64,000 nt of DNA from Minisyncoccota bacterium (GCA_041667145.1 JBAYFP010000001.1:121056-185055); one strand, 5' to 3'; positions 47,651 to 57,734 are shown, counted from the first letter of the stretch. Translations and numbers: made by a program. The notes: a model not told the origin generated them from the sequence alone.

Positions 47651-48910
47651 ATGAAATCATATTTTTTACAAGCAATAAGAGGAATCACACATAACAAAAG
47701 TCGCACTTTTTTGACGACTCTTGGCATTATGATAGGCATAGGTACAGTCGTACTCGTGCTTTCTGCTGGAGAAGGTTTTAAAAGTTATATCAATGCTCAG
47801 GTAGAAATGTTTGGTTCAAATACACTTTCTATAGAAACAGCAGTTCCGCCTTCAACAAAAACTCGTAATGCAAATGCAAAAAATAATGACTTACAAAATA
47901 GTTCTGCAAACAATGCTGTTCCTATTACCACTTTAAAAAATAAAGATATCCAGGATATAAAAAATATACCGAATGTAAAAAATGCCTATGGTGCTAGTGT
48001 CGCACAAGAAGTAGTGACATATGGTAGTGTTTCAAAAAATGTTTTTATCTTTGGTGCAGATGCTTCTCGTTTTGATATTGATAAAGGAGTAATAGCTTCT
48101 GGGCGTCCATACACAGAAGAAGAAAATAAAAGTCTAGCTCAAGTGGCCATATTGGGTAGCACTATTGCCACAGATTTATTTGGAGAAAATGATCCCTTAG
48201 GCAAGCTCATTCGAGTAGGGAATTACAATTTAGAAGTAATAGGTGTATATGAACCTCGCGGAAGTCTAGGATCTACTGATGATGAACAAGTTTTTATACC
48301 TATCACGACATTACAAAAAAAGTTCTTAGGGATAGATTATCTTTTTTATGGAATTGTAGAGCTTGCTGATGGAAATAAAGCTGACGCTACTGCTCTCGAT
48401 GTGAGTGACATGATTCGTCGAAATCATTCGATTACAGACCCAGCAAAAGATGACTTCGTTGTAAAAACACAAGCTCAAAACCTAGAAACATTTAATACTA
48501 TTTTAAATGCTGTGACATTTCTCCTTATTGCTATCGCGCTCATCTCGCTCGTCGTCGGAGGAGTGGGAGTCATGAATATTATGTACGTCGTCGTTACGGA
48601 AAGAATAGGGGAGATAGGATTGAAAAAAGCATTAGGTGCTCGTAATAAAGATATTTTATTTGAATTTCTTATTGAGGCTGTACTTTTGACTCTTCTAGGT
48701 GGAGTAATTGGAATTCTAGGAGGTGCAGCACTTTCTTATGCAGTAGCAAAAATCGCCCAAAGCTTTAATTTTGCTTGGAGTTTTATCGTTCCGCTTTATG
48801 GCATTATTTTATCTGTTTCAATGTCTATGATAATAGGAATCATTTTCGGTGTCTTCCCAGCACGTAGTGCCTCACTCCTAAACCCAATCGAGGCCTTGAA
48901 TAAAGAATAG
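47651..48910 (+). CDS. ABC transporter permease, MacB/FtsX family (copy 2)
   Basis: Same architecture as the preceding gene; paralogous. Confidence 0.85.
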   Translation: MKSYFLQAIRGITHNKSRTFLTTLGIMIGIGTVVLVLSAGEGFKSYINAQVEMFGSNTLSIETAVPPSTKTRNANAKNNDLQNSSANNAVPITTLKNKDIQDIKNIPNVKNAYGASVAQEVVTYGSVSKNVFIFGADASRFDIDKGVIASGRPYTEEENKSLAQVAILGSTIATDLFGENDPLGKLIRVGNYNLEVIGVYEPRGSLGSTDDEQVFIPITTLQKKFLGIDYLFYGIVELADGNKADATALDVSDMIRRNHSITDPAKDDFVVKTQAQNLETFNTILNAVTFLLIAIALISLVVGGVGVMNIMYVVVTERIGEIGLKKALGARNKDILFEFLIEAVLLTLLGGVIGILGGAALSYAVAKIAQSFNFAWSFIVPLYGIILSVSMSMIIGIIFGVFPARSASLLNPIEALNKE

Positions 48911-48976
48911 AATTATAGTATAATTTATTCATATAATTATTGTAAATTGAAAAATTCATATTACTAGTATAGGAGA

Positions 48977-49366
48977 ATGGTTATGAAACTCTCGGAACTG
49001 TTATCAATGTTTGGCATAATTTGTGGTGTAAATATAATAATTAGTTTAGAAAAAATATTTTCCTCAAACTCAATTCAACAAGCGTATAATGAGTTGGCAT
49101 TGGCTATTGTCTTCTCATTAATATTCATTGCATTTCTTTCTGTAAGTGGCATTGTTGTACACCTGGGAAAGGATCTAAAAATATTAAAAATAAAAAGGAG
49201 TACAAGGTTGTTAACTTGTGGGATTTTTTCTCTCATAGGAATAGTAATTGTTCCTTATTTCTATATATACTCCTCACCGTTTCTCATTATAAATATAACA
49301 ATACTCACAATAATAAGTGCAGACAACTTTTCTAAGGCAAAAAAAGAATTAGATGTCTCATCGTAA
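48977..49366 (+). CDS. hypothetical membrane protein
   Basis: Four predicted hydrophobic helices. Confidence 0.35.
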   Translation: MVMKLSELLSMFGIICGVNIIISLEKIFSSNSIQQAYNELALAIVFSLIFIAFLSVSGIVVHLGKDLKILKIKRSTRLLTCGIFSLIGIVIVPYFYIYSSPFLIINITILTIISADNFSKAKKELDVSS

Positions 49367-49374
49367 ATCGACGT

Positions 49375-49427
49375 AAATCCGCTTCGGTAAGAGTAGAAAG
49401 ATCTACTCATATACTGAGCGGATTTTT
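49375..49427 (+). terminator. Rho-independent terminator-like hairpin (stem AAATCCGCT/AGCGGATTT plus T5) with an internal second stem
   Basis: Read from sequence; the same stem sequence is reused at 50025-50078. Confidence 0.4.
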
Positions 49428-49433
49428 CTATTT

Positions 49434-49516
49434 AGACGTTGGACGTCTCAGGAAGACGTACAACGTCAAGAAACTCAGACGTTGTACACCTGGGTACTCC
49501 CTGATGTCCAACGTCT
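49434..49516. repeat. Family-C nested palindromic repeat, intergenic; near-identical reverse complement of 10679-10762
   Basis: agacgttggacgtctcaggaagacgtacaacgtcaagaaactcagacgttgtacacctgggtactccctgatgtccaacgtct. Confidence 0.85.
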
Positions 49517-49639
49517 GTAAATCCTTATTTTATAAGCTTTATTCAATTTTTACTTGACATACAACTTCATATATGCTATACTCTATGTAGTTTTGTACCA
49601 TAAAAATAATATATTTATTCATTCACAATAGGAGTTTTT

Positions 49640-50011
49640 ATGAAGAAATTAGCAATATTTTCATCCCCCATTTTTACCTATATCTCAGTGGGGCTCAACA
49701 TAATCTTCTTACTTGTCTTAATTGCGGGGATAAGTAGTGGTTACTTTCCACTTCCCCCTAAGTTACAACAGGTGGGAGAATTAGCGGTTAAAAATGAAGA
49801 GGGGATTTTCGTTGCAAAAATAACGAAGGAATGTGGTCCCCCCCCTCACATCGGAGATAGAGTTACTATTGGGAGAGATGGGAGAGAGAAAAAGAACCCT
49901 CTATATTACTTTATAAGTGACTCCGTTTTTTCTACGCACAAAGTGACTCCGGATAGTCTTATAAAGTTCGGTCTTGAATTCAAGAAAGGAACTGTCATTG
50001 CGATGCAATGA
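49640..50011 (+). CDS. hypothetical protein with N-terminal TM anchor
   Basis: ORF-track ORF with good RBS (ataggagtttttATG). Confidence 0.4.
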   Translation: MKKLAIFSSPIFTYISVGLNIIFLLVLIAGISSGYFPLPPKLQQVGELAVKNEEGIFVAKITKECGPPPHIGDRVTIGRDGREKKNPLYYFISDSVFSTHKVTPDSLIKFGLEFKKGTVIAMQ

Positions 50012-50024
50012 CCAGGTACCTAAT

Positions 50025-50078
50025 CAATCCGCCCACAGCGGGAAACGAAAAATCCGTTCCTAGTGAGCGGATTTTTTC
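50025..50078 (+). terminator. Rho-independent terminator (stem AATCCGC/GCGGATT plus T6)
   Basis: Read from sequence. Confidence 0.45.
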
Positions 50079-50100
50079 TTTTATGTGGTAAAATAATAGT

Positions 50101-50910
50101 ATGTATCTTAAAAAGTTTGGCTTAGTTTTATTTTTAATATTTTCACTATTTCCTATACAAAAGATACACGCACAGACTACTAATACTGGTTTTGTGTCAG
50201 GTAATATCTGGTATTCAAAAGATCCATTTGAAGAAGGAGATAAAATAAAAATATATACTTTTATATTTAATCCTGATAGCAGGGAATTGTCTGGTACTGT
50301 CATTTTCTTTGATAAAACCACGTTATTAGGTAAAAAAAGCTTCGTTATTCCCGGCAAAGGTGCTGATGATATATCTATAGATTGGACAGTGACGACTGGA
50401 GATCATACGATTTTTGGTAAAATAGAAAATGCTAAATTTTTAATTTCTAAAGATAAATATGAAGAAGTATATTTGGCAGAAAACGAGACAGAAAAAAGTT
50501 CTCGAACAGTTTCTAAAAAAATAATTCCTAAAACAAATGATAATAGTATAAATTCCATCACTTCGTCAGTTTCTGACATAGCCAAAACTATTGGAGAAAA
50601 AACTCCAGCTTTCATAACTGAGCCAGTAATTTCTAGTACTAATAAATTAGATGAAATTAGGTTGGATTTAAAAAATTCGTCAGAAGCTAAAAAGGTGGAA
50701 ATACAAAACGACATAAAAAAACTTGAAAATACTAAAGTTGCATTAGAACCTAAATCAGCTACGAGCACACTTGTAAAACCATTCAAATACGCAGAAGTAT
50801 TTTTTCTTACTATCTTTTCTTATTTACTAAGCAATAAAATATTATTTTATGGAATATTGATTCTAATCATATTTTTCATTCTGCGCTATATTTGGAAAAA
50901 AATCTTTTAG
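50101..50910 (+). CDS. hypothetical secreted / C-terminally anchored protein
   Basis: N-terminal signal peptide (LFLIFSLFPIQKIHAQ) and a C-terminal TM helix. Confidence 0.45.
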   Translation: MYLKKFGLVLFLIFSLFPIQKIHAQTTNTGFVSGNIWYSKDPFEEGDKIKIYTFIFNPDSRELSGTVIFFDKTTLLGKKSFVIPGKGADDISIDWTVTTGDHTIFGKIENAKFLISKDKYEEVYLAENETEKSSRTVSKKIIPKTNDNSINSITSSVSDIAKTIGEKTPAFITEPVISSTNKLDEIRLDLKNSSEAKKVEIQNDIKKLENTKVALEPKSATSTLVKPFKYAEVFFLTIFSYLLSNKILFYGILILIIFFILRYIWKKIF

Positions 50911-50926
50911 CATGTAGAATGTAGTT

Positions 50927-51196
50927 ATGACACTTAGAATTTTAGCTGTTTTTGTGTTATTAATATCTATACTTTATATGCCTTTTTGGGTGTCTGCCAT
51001 ATTAGCCTTAGCGGGAATGATTTATTTCTCATTATTCTGGGAGAGTGCTATTTTGTTCTTACTTTCAGATCTACTCTTTGGAGTAAAAGAAGCTAGATTT
51101 TTAGATATAACATTCATTTCTTTTATTGTGTCTATTTTGATATTATTGATAATAGAATTCCTAAAAAAGAAAATTAGAATTTCGAAGGAAATATAA
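50927..51196 (+). CDS. hypothetical small membrane protein
   Basis: Three hydrophobic helices. Confidence 0.35.
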   Translation: MTLRILAVFVLLISILYMPFWVSAILALAGMIYFSLFWESAILFLLSDLLFGVKEARFLDITFISFIVSILILLIIEFLKKKIRISKEI

Positions 51197-51268
51197 AATT
51201 TATCCCGTACTAAATTTTTGATTACGGGATATAAAGATAAAAATTATTATTAAAATTTTAGTACTGGG

Positions 51269-52963
51269 ATGATAAGAAAAATATTAAGCAAAAAGAAAAT
51301 AAAAAACGCCAACTTCTTTGTAGAACCAGATGAGATATTTCTTGATTCAAAGAATTTACAAAATTTTGACCGTCAACAGTTTGAAGGCCGAATAGAAAAA
51401 CCAATTTCAAAAAAAACCATCTTATTCATCGGCATTTTTTTCCTATTCTTTTTAGGCACTTTTTCAACTAGACTTGGATATCTTCAAATACAAAAAGGAG
51501 AAGCATATTTGGATAGAAGCAATAATAATGTTTTAGAAAAACAAATCATTTTTAGTGACAGGGGAATCATTTATGATAGAAATAAAGTAGAACTCGCATG
51601 GAATAAAAAAGTAGCTGATCTTCCTACTACTATCCGTACATATTTATCACCAGGATTTTCTCATACACTAGGCTATGTCAGTTATCCGACCCAAGATAAA
51701 TCAGGCAATTATTGGCAAAGTGAGTTTATAGGTAAGGATGGGCTAGAAAAACAATACAATGATGCGCTTAAGGGAACAAATGGCTCAAAAATAGTTGAAA
51801 TAGATGCAAAAAAAATTGTGCACTCAGAAAATATTGTAAACCCTCCCTTGCGTGGAGCTGACCTAGTGACCACACTCGATTCACGTATTCAAAAAGAACT
51901 CTATACTCTAATAAAGAATTTATCACAAAGTAATTCTTTCTCAGGTGGTGCAGGAGTCTTAATGAATATCAATAATGGAGAGATATTAACCTCCGCAAGT
52001 TTCCCAGAATATAATTCAGAAATTCTTTCACTCGGCAAAGATACAAAAACAATAAATAGCTATTTTACTGACAAAAGAAAAGTATTCTTAGATAGAACAA
52101 TCTCCGGTCTTTATACTCCCGGTTCTATTGTAAAACCATTTTTTGCTATTGGAGCATTGACGGAAGGAGTGATAGATCCATATAAAAAAATATTATCTAC
52201 TGGCTCGATCTCGATTCCGAATCCTTATTTCCCAGATCAAAAAACTGTATTTAAAGATTGGAAAGCGCACGGCTGGGTAGACATGAGGCAAGCTTTAGCT
52301 GTTTCAAGTGACGTTTATTTTTATGAAATAGGTGGCGGATTTGAAGGACAAAAAGGCTTGGGTATAGCAAATATTGAGAAATATGCTCGACTTTTTGGTA
52401 TTGGACAAGCGACAGGTATAGACCTACCTGATGAAAAAGGTGGTGTGATCCCTAGTCCATTGTGGAAAGCAAAAAATTTCAAAAATGAAGCATGGCGTGT
52501 AGGAGATACGTATCATACGGTCATCGGACAATATGGTTTCCAAGTGACACCAATGGAAATGACTCGTGCAGTATCAGTCCTTGCAAATTATGGAACACTT
52601 GTTACCCCTCATTATATTTTAAATGATACTAAAAAAGAAAACCAAACATCGAAAATTGAATTACCTAAAGAGTATTATGATGTCATACATGAAGGAATGA
52701 GACAAAGTGTCTTAACAGGAACTTCCACACCAATCAACGTACCGTATGTAAAAATCGCCTCTAAAACAGGTACAGCACAGCTCGGTGTAGCAAAAAATAA
52801 AGTCAACTCATGGATTATGGGATTTTTCCCCTATGACAATCCAAAATATGCATTTACTATTATGATGGAAGCTGGCCCTTCTTCAAATAGTGTAGGGGCT
52901 TCTTCCATAATGCGCCAACTTTTAGACTGGATGTCTATCAACACCCCAGAATACTTCAAATAG
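51269..52963 (+). CDS. penicillin-binding protein 2 family transpeptidase (class B PBP)
   Basis: SxxK (GSIVKPF), SSD (SSDVYF) and KTG (KTGTAQ) active-site motifs; N-terminal TM anchor. Confidence 0.85.
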   Translation: MIRKILSKKKIKNANFFVEPDEIFLDSKNLQNFDRQQFEGRIEKPISKKTILFIGIFFLFFLGTFSTRLGYLQIQKGEAYLDRSNNNVLEKQIIFSDRGIIYDRNKVELAWNKKVADLPTTIRTYLSPGFSHTLGYVSYPTQDKSGNYWQSEFIGKDGLEKQYNDALKGTNGSKIVEIDAKKIVHSENIVNPPLRGADLVTTLDSRIQKELYTLIKNLSQSNSFSGGAGVLMNINNGEILTSASFPEYNSEILSLGKDTKTINSYFTDKRKVFLDRTISGLYTPGSIVKPFFAIGALTEGVIDPYKKILSTGSISIPNPYFPDQKTVFKDWKAHGWVDMRQALAVSSDVYFYEIGGGFEGQKGLGIANIEKYARLFGIGQATGIDLPDEKGGVIPSPLWKAKNFKNEAWRVGDTYHTVIGQYGFQVTPMEMTRAVSVLANYGTLVTPHYILNDTKKENQTSKIELPKEYYDVIHEGMRQSVLTGTSTPINVPYVKIASKTGTAQLGVAKNKVNSWIMGFFPYDNPKYAFTIMMEAGPSSNSVGASSIMRQLLDWMSINTPEYFK

Positions 52964-52977
52964 ACAAAAATACCCAC

Positions 52978-53229
52978 TTGCACTATAATAGACAGATGAG
53001 TAAAGAAAAAATAATAATTATTTTGGGTGTTTGGACAGCAATATTGCCATATTTAGGGTTTCCTCTTTCATTAAAAAATATTTTACTTTCTATCACAGGA
53101 TTGGGGCTTGTTTATCTAGGATATATATCATTAAGAAGTTCAAAAGCAGGGGAGACAGAAGAAAAAACATTTGAGAATTTCTCAGAAAATCATAACTTCA
53201 CTGAAACACACGAGGGAAAAGGGATTTAA
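52978..53229 (+). CDS. hypothetical small membrane protein
   Basis: Two hydrophobic helices; weak. Confidence 0.3.
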   Translation: MHYNRQMSKEKIIIILGVWTAILPYLGFPLSLKNILLSITGLGLVYLGYISLRSSKAGETEEKTFENFSENHNFTETHEGKGI

Positions 53230-53253
53230 TAATTTAAAAAGACTTAAAACATT

Positions 53254-54504
53254 ATGTTAGAATATTTCAAAACAAGGCGTGCTTCTGCCACTATTCTACT
53301 TGTAGTCATTTTTTTTGGGCTAGGCATTTATATAGGATTTAATAATAGACCAGAGATTGATAAAGTTGTCAATATTACTGGTAAAGAAACTGCCGTAAAA
53401 ACAGACGCTGATTTTTCTCCTTTTTGGAAAGTTTGGAATGATATTAATGAAAAATATCCTAGTGCAAGTAAAATAACTGATCAAGAAAAAATCTACGGCG
53501 CTATTTCAGGGCTTGTAAGCTCATTAAATGACCCATATAGCGTATTTTTCAATCCAGATGACACAAAGACGTTTGAGAGTGATATACAAGGAAGTTTTGG
53601 TGGAATAGGCATGGAAGTCGGAATGAAAGATAAAGTACTTACTGTCATAGCTCCACTAAAAGATACTCCAGCCTATAAAGCTAATATAAAATCAGGTGAT
53701 AAAATTCTTAAGATCAATGACACATTGACCTCAAATCTAACAGTCGAGAAAGCAATAAAATTAATTAGAGGAGATGTAGGTACTACGGTTAGACTCACAA
53801 TTTTTCGTGATGGAGACAAAGAACCAAAAGAAATTAAAATCATAAGAGATACCATCAATGTTCCGACCCTCGACACTGAAATGAGAAAAGATGGGATTTT
53901 TGTAATCAAACTATATAGTTTCTCTGCGAACTCTGCTTCACTTTTCCGCAACGCTCTAAAAGAATTTTCCGATTCAAATACTGATAAATTGTTGCTAGAT
54001 TTAAGAGGAAATCCAGGGGGATACTTAGACTCAGCTGTCAGCATGGCAAGCTGGTTTTTAGATGGGGGTAAGACTGTTGTCACAGAAGATTATGGTAATA
54101 ATATTAAACCAAAGGCATACAGAAGTCTTGGTTATAATATTTTTACAGATAAATTAAAATTCGTTATCTTGATAGATAGTGGTTCTGCTTCAGCCTCTGA
54201 GATATTAGCAGGTGCGATGCAAGATTATAAAAAAGCCAAACTCGTCGGAGAAAAAAGTTTCGGCAAAGGTTCTGTTCAAGAAGTGGTAAAAGTGACGGGA
54301 GACACCATTTTAAAGATTACAGTGGCTAAATGGCTTACTCCAAATGGTAATTCTATCTCCGAAAAAGGTTTAACGCCTGACTATGAGGTACCTATAAAAG
54401 CAAAGGACATTGAAAACAAAAATCCTGCCCACAATGCTTCTAGCATAGCTGGGACAGGCGGGGATCCTCAATTAAACAAAGCTATAGAGTTATTATTAAA
54501 ATAA
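53254..54504 (+). CDS. ctpA: carboxyl-terminal processing protease (S41 family, PDZ-containing)
   Basis: PDZ segment GDKILKIND, catalytic region LDLRGNPGG...S41 motifs. Confidence 0.85.
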   Translation: MLEYFKTRRASATILLVVIFFGLGIYIGFNNRPEIDKVVNITGKETAVKTDADFSPFWKVWNDINEKYPSASKITDQEKIYGAISGLVSSLNDPYSVFFNPDDTKTFESDIQGSFGGIGMEVGMKDKVLTVIAPLKDTPAYKANIKSGDKILKINDTLTSNLTVEKAIKLIRGDVGTTVRLTIFRDGDKEPKEIKIIRDTINVPTLDTEMRKDGIFVIKLYSFSANSASLFRNALKEFSDSNTDKLLLDLRGNPGGYLDSAVSMASWFLDGGKTVVTEDYGNNIKPKAYRSLGYNIFTDKLKFVILIDSGSASASEILAGAMQDYKKAKLVGEKSFGKGSVQEVVKVTGDTILKITVAKWLTPNGNSISEKGLTPDYEVPIKAKDIENKNPAHNASSIAGTGGDPQLNKAIELLLK

Positions 54505-54519
54505 TAATTTTAAAACAAA

Positions 54520-54963
54520 ATGAAAGTAATTTTTCTACAAGATGTACCTCGAGTAGGTAAAAAATATGACATTAAAGAAATCAGCGACGGCTACGCTATC
54601 AATTTTTTACTCCCTAGAAGACTAGCAGTAATGGCGACTCCAAAAGCTGTAGTAGAAATAGAAAAACAAAAAAAAGAAATCACAATTAAGAGGGAAGTGC
54701 AGGAAGATCTTTTAGTAAAGAATTTAGAAGAGATAAAAGGTAAAACTATCACTATCTCTGCCAAAGCAGATGAAAAAGGTCATCTTTTTTCTGCAATACA
54801 TGAAAAAACTATTTCAGAATTAATGAATAAAGAATATCATGCACATATAGATGAAAAATTTATTGTCTTAGAAAAACAAATAAAAGAAATAGGGGAGTTT
54901 GAAATCCCCATTCTCATAAAAAATAAGAAATCTTCTTTTAAGCTTATAGTTAAGAGAGTATAA
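54520..54963 (+). CDS. rplI: 50S ribosomal protein L9
   Basis: MKVIFLQDVPRVGKKYDIKEISDGYAINFLLPRRLA is the canonical L9 N-terminal domain. Confidence 0.9.
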   Translation: MKVIFLQDVPRVGKKYDIKEISDGYAINFLLPRRLAVMATPKAVVEIEKQKKEITIKREVQEDLLVKNLEEIKGKTITISAKADEKGHLFSAIHEKTISELMNKEYHAHIDEKFIVLEKQIKEIGEFEIPILIKNKKSSFKLIVKRV

Positions 54964-55060
54964 AAAGCAAAAACATACTTTTTCACAGCTCGCACTCGAA
55001 CCTGAATATGGTTAACGAATTTAATATTGCGTATGCTGAAAAAAGTATGTATTTAGCTTT

Positions 55061-55333
55061 TTATATAATATTTACTGTCTTTTTTACGACAGTTTTTCCA
55101 TTAAAGGAAACCTTACGTTTTGAGCCAAATTTGACAGTTCCAGGTTTAAGAGCAAAAAGGGTGTGATCTTTACCTATAGATACGTTATTACCAGCCATAA
55201 TGACTGTACCACGCTGTCTGATGATTATAGAGCCAGATTGAGCCTTTTGACCGTCGGCAAGCTTTGTACCTAGGTACTTTGGGTTTGAATCTCTTAAGTT
55301 TTTCGCGGTTCCGCCAGCCTTTCTATGTGCCAT
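55061..55333 (-). CDS. rpmA: 50S ribosomal protein L27
   Basis: [22 protein letters not shown]...[10 protein letters not shown] canonical L27. Confidence 0.9.
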   Translation of the reverse strand: MAHRKAGGTAKNLRDSNPKYLGTKLADGQKAQSGSIIIRQRGTVIMAGNNVSIGKDHTLFALKPGTVKFGSKRKVSFNGKTVVKKTVNII

Positions 55334-55346
55334 ATGATTATATTTT

Positions 55347-55430
55347 CTTGAGCAAAGCGATTAGAAAATTTTCACCCTGTTAAATAAAGAAGAATTTAAC
55401 AGGGTATTAAAAATATACTTGCTTTGCTCG
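55347..55430 (-). promoter_or_regulatory. Nested stem-loop structure in the 5' leader of rpmA (possible ribosomal-protein autoregulatory leader or attenuator)
   Basis: Outer stem GAGCAAAGC/GCTTTGCTC enclosing inner stem CCCTGTTAAA/TTTAACAGGG, ending 14 nt before the rpmA start. Confidence 0.3.
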
Positions 55431-55464
55431 TTATTTTTATATAAAATCAAGTATAAACAATTAA

Positions 55465-55848
55465 ATGGAAAAAATCAAGCTCACAATAATGAATTTTATA
55501 GAAAGCGATAAGGGTAAGGACATAATGGTAGTAATTATCATAATTTTGGTAGGTTTAGGCTCATTTGGACTAGGTAGACTATCAAAAGATAGCTCAAATG
55601 AAGGCATAAAAATCGATTATGGAAATCAAGAGGCTAATGCTATAAGTTCACTAAATCAAAATACAAATACTTCACAAAATACTCAGAAATCAATTTCAGG
55701 AAATTTCTTTGCCTCAAGCAAGGGAAGTAAATATTATTCTACTAGCTGTAACGCAGGAAAAACTATTAAACAAGAAAACAGAGTCTACTTTGATACATCA
55801 GAAGAGGCAGAAAGTGCAGGATTTGAGCTTTCTAGTTCATGCCGATAA
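55465..55848 (+). CDS. membrane-anchored protein with a C-terminal Ada-like zinc-binding domain
   Basis: C-terminus KYYSTSCNAGKTIKQENRVYFDTSEEAESAGFELSSSC resembles the Ada N-terminal metal-binding motif (YH.C......N...F.S..EA..AGF.PC..C); N-terminal TM helix. Confidence 0.45.
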   Translation: MEKIKLTIMNFIESDKGKDIMVVIIIILVGLGSFGLGRLSKDSSNEGIKIDYGNQEANAISSLNQNTNTSQNTQKSISGNFFASSKGSKYYSTSCNAGKTIKQENRVYFDTSEEAESAGFELSSSCR

Positions 55849-55927
55849 TTCAATACGTGGTATTGCCTAAAAGGTATATTGTGCGACGTGGCATTAGTTT
55901 TAGAATATAGCTTAAAAGGCTATTCCC

Positions 55928-56287
55928 CTATCTATTGAAGGTGGGAGCGGCAGATTCATAGTCTGTGGGTTTGCCATCTCTGATACGCTCCATATTATTT
56001 ATAAAAGATTTCCAAAAAATATTTACAAAAACATCGTTCCATAAATAAGATGCGGGTTTTTGTAGATAATCATTCCAAAGATTTCTAGTCCCTCCCCCGA
56101 CATAGGTTATATTGTCTTGTGCTTCAGGGCTTTCTACGACAGACCTTACACTTATTTTAAAATAACTGAGAACAAAAATAAGAACTACACCTAAAAGTAA
56201 AATACCTATAATGCTTATGCCTTTCTTCTTATCGCATGATATAAATTTTTTCATATTACTTTTTAGATTTAATCTAAGCTGTAACAT
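55928..56287 (-). CDS. hypothetical membrane-anchored protein
   Basis: N-terminal TM helix; ORF-track ORF. Confidence 0.35.
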   Translation of the reverse strand: MLQLRLNLKSNMKKFISCDKKKGISIIGILLLGVVLIFVLSYFKISVRSVVESPEAQDNITYVGGGTRNLWNDYLQKPASYLWNDVFVNIFWKSFINNMERIRDGKPTDYESAAPTFNR

Positions 56288-56462
56288 TATTAAATAATGC
56301 CTTAATCCAATCTATCACATCAGAAAATGAAACATTAAAATAATTTAACAAAAACAAAGCAACTATTATAAAAATAATTAATTTTAAAAAACCGCCTTGT
56401 TGTTTTTCTATATTATTAATCATACTTTATTTTACCATTTCTAGTATTATTGTGGCAAGACA

Positions 56463-57734
56463 TTATATTTTAGATAGATAATACATTGGATTAAGATAAG
56501 AATTTACTGGTGCGATAGGTTGAGTAAGTACTTTACCTAGGCATGATTTACTAGGTATAGTCTTTACGTCTACAGCATCTTTCGCATAAACCGAGATATG
56601 TAAATGTGGGCCAGTAGAATAACCTGTATTGCCACTATATCCGACTATTTGCCCTCGGACTACTTTATCCCCTGTAGTTACCTTTATGAGAGACAAATGA
56701 CCAAAAGTACTAGCTAAGCCATTATTGTATTTAATTAAAATAAAACGTCCAAAAGATACCCCTGCACACTGAGTATCAGTATTACCAACGCCTGCTATCA
56801 CACCATCAGCCATCGCTTTGACTGGTGTACCTAGGGATGCACGAAGGTCTATCCCTCGATGAAATCCATCTGACCGCATGCCATATTGAGAAGTTATATA
56901 TATACGATCAAGTGGCCAGCTCAACACTCCACTATTCGGGAGTTTAGATGGATCGAGAATGTATTTGAGCTGAGATTCATAATCATCAAGTTCTTTTTCA
57001 AATGCTACCTTTTTTGCTAATCTATCTTTTAATAATTTTTGGTAACTACTTTCACTGTTTTTTGTCTGTGCTAAAAGTTTCTTTTTCTCTGCTGTATTTT
57101 GATCAACTATTTTCTTTTGGTCAGCAAGTTTGTTTTTAAGCACAACAAGTTCATTTTTTGCATCTGTTGTTTCTTTCCTTGTATCTTCTAGATCACCTTT
57201 AATTATCCTCAATCCAATTGTCGTCTCCCTTATCGTGTCACCTATCGATATCATATTATCCACATCATTCCACATAGTAGTAAAATCACTATCAGATAAC
57301 ATAGTAGCTAAAACATCATTCTGCTCAAATTCATTAATTTTTCTAATATTTAAAGCTAAAACATCTGTATTATTTGCTATCACTCCCTGTTTATCATTTA
57401 TTTCTAGACTTAATTCTTTTATCCTAAGATTTGTTTTATCAATTTTACTTTGAGTAACAGCGATATCAGCAACTAATTTTTTTCTAGATAAATCAAGTTG
57501 TTTAATAGATCCATTTAATGAATCTTTTTGCTTCCCAAGATCATCAAGCTCAGACTGGTATTGTGCTATTTCCTGCTCCAATTTAGCAATATCATTATTT
57601 TTTTGATTTATTTTATCATTCAACTCCCCCACCGTCTGTGCATAAGAAAAAACTATAGGACATAACACCAAGATTCCTAGAATAATTAAGCTAAATATTT
57701 TCGATAGCTTTTTGTAGTCGTGATAAAGTTTCAT
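56463..57734 (-). CDS. M23-family peptidoglycan endopeptidase with N-terminal coiled coil (EnvC-like)
   Basis: HRGIDLRASLGTPVKAMADGVI and GNTGYSTGPHLHISVY zinc-binding motifs. Confidence 0.85.
   Translation of the reverse strand: MKLYHDYKKLSKIFSLIILGILVLCPIVFSYAQTVGELNDKINQKNNDIAKLEQEIAQYQSELDDLGKQKDSLNGSIKQLDLSRKKLVADIAVTQSKIDKTNLRIKELSLEINDKQGVIANNTDVLALNIRKINEFEQNDVLATMLSDSDFTTMWNDVDNMISIGDTIRETTIGLRIIKGDLEDTRKETTDAKNELVVLKNKLADQKKIVDQNTAEKKKLLAQTKNSESSYQKLLKDRLAKKVAFEKELDDYESQLKYILDPSKLPNSGVLSWPLDRIYITSQYGMRSDGFHRGIDLRASLGTPVKAMADGVIAGVGNTDTQCAGVSFGRFILIKYNNGLASTFGHLSLIKVTTGDKVVRGQIVGYSGNTGYSTGPHLHISVYAKDAVDVKTIPSKSCLGKVLTQPIAPVNSYLNPMYYLSKI

Noticed and set aside
54981-55040. tRNA-like T-arm motif (GGTTCGAGTGC on minus strand) inside the large-loop palindrome between rplI and rpmA
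   Set aside because: No acceptor, D or anticodon arms could be folded around it. More likely it is part of a bidirectional terminator hairpin (stem AACATACTTTT/AAAAGTATGT) with a large structured loop.
56290-56433. Possible 48-aa hydrophobic ORF on the minus strand (MINNIEKQQGGFLKLIIFIIVALFLLNYFNVSFSDVIDWIKALFNNVTA)
   Set aside because: Below the size threshold, with no conserved motif. It may be a real small membrane protein but cannot be supported from sequence alone.
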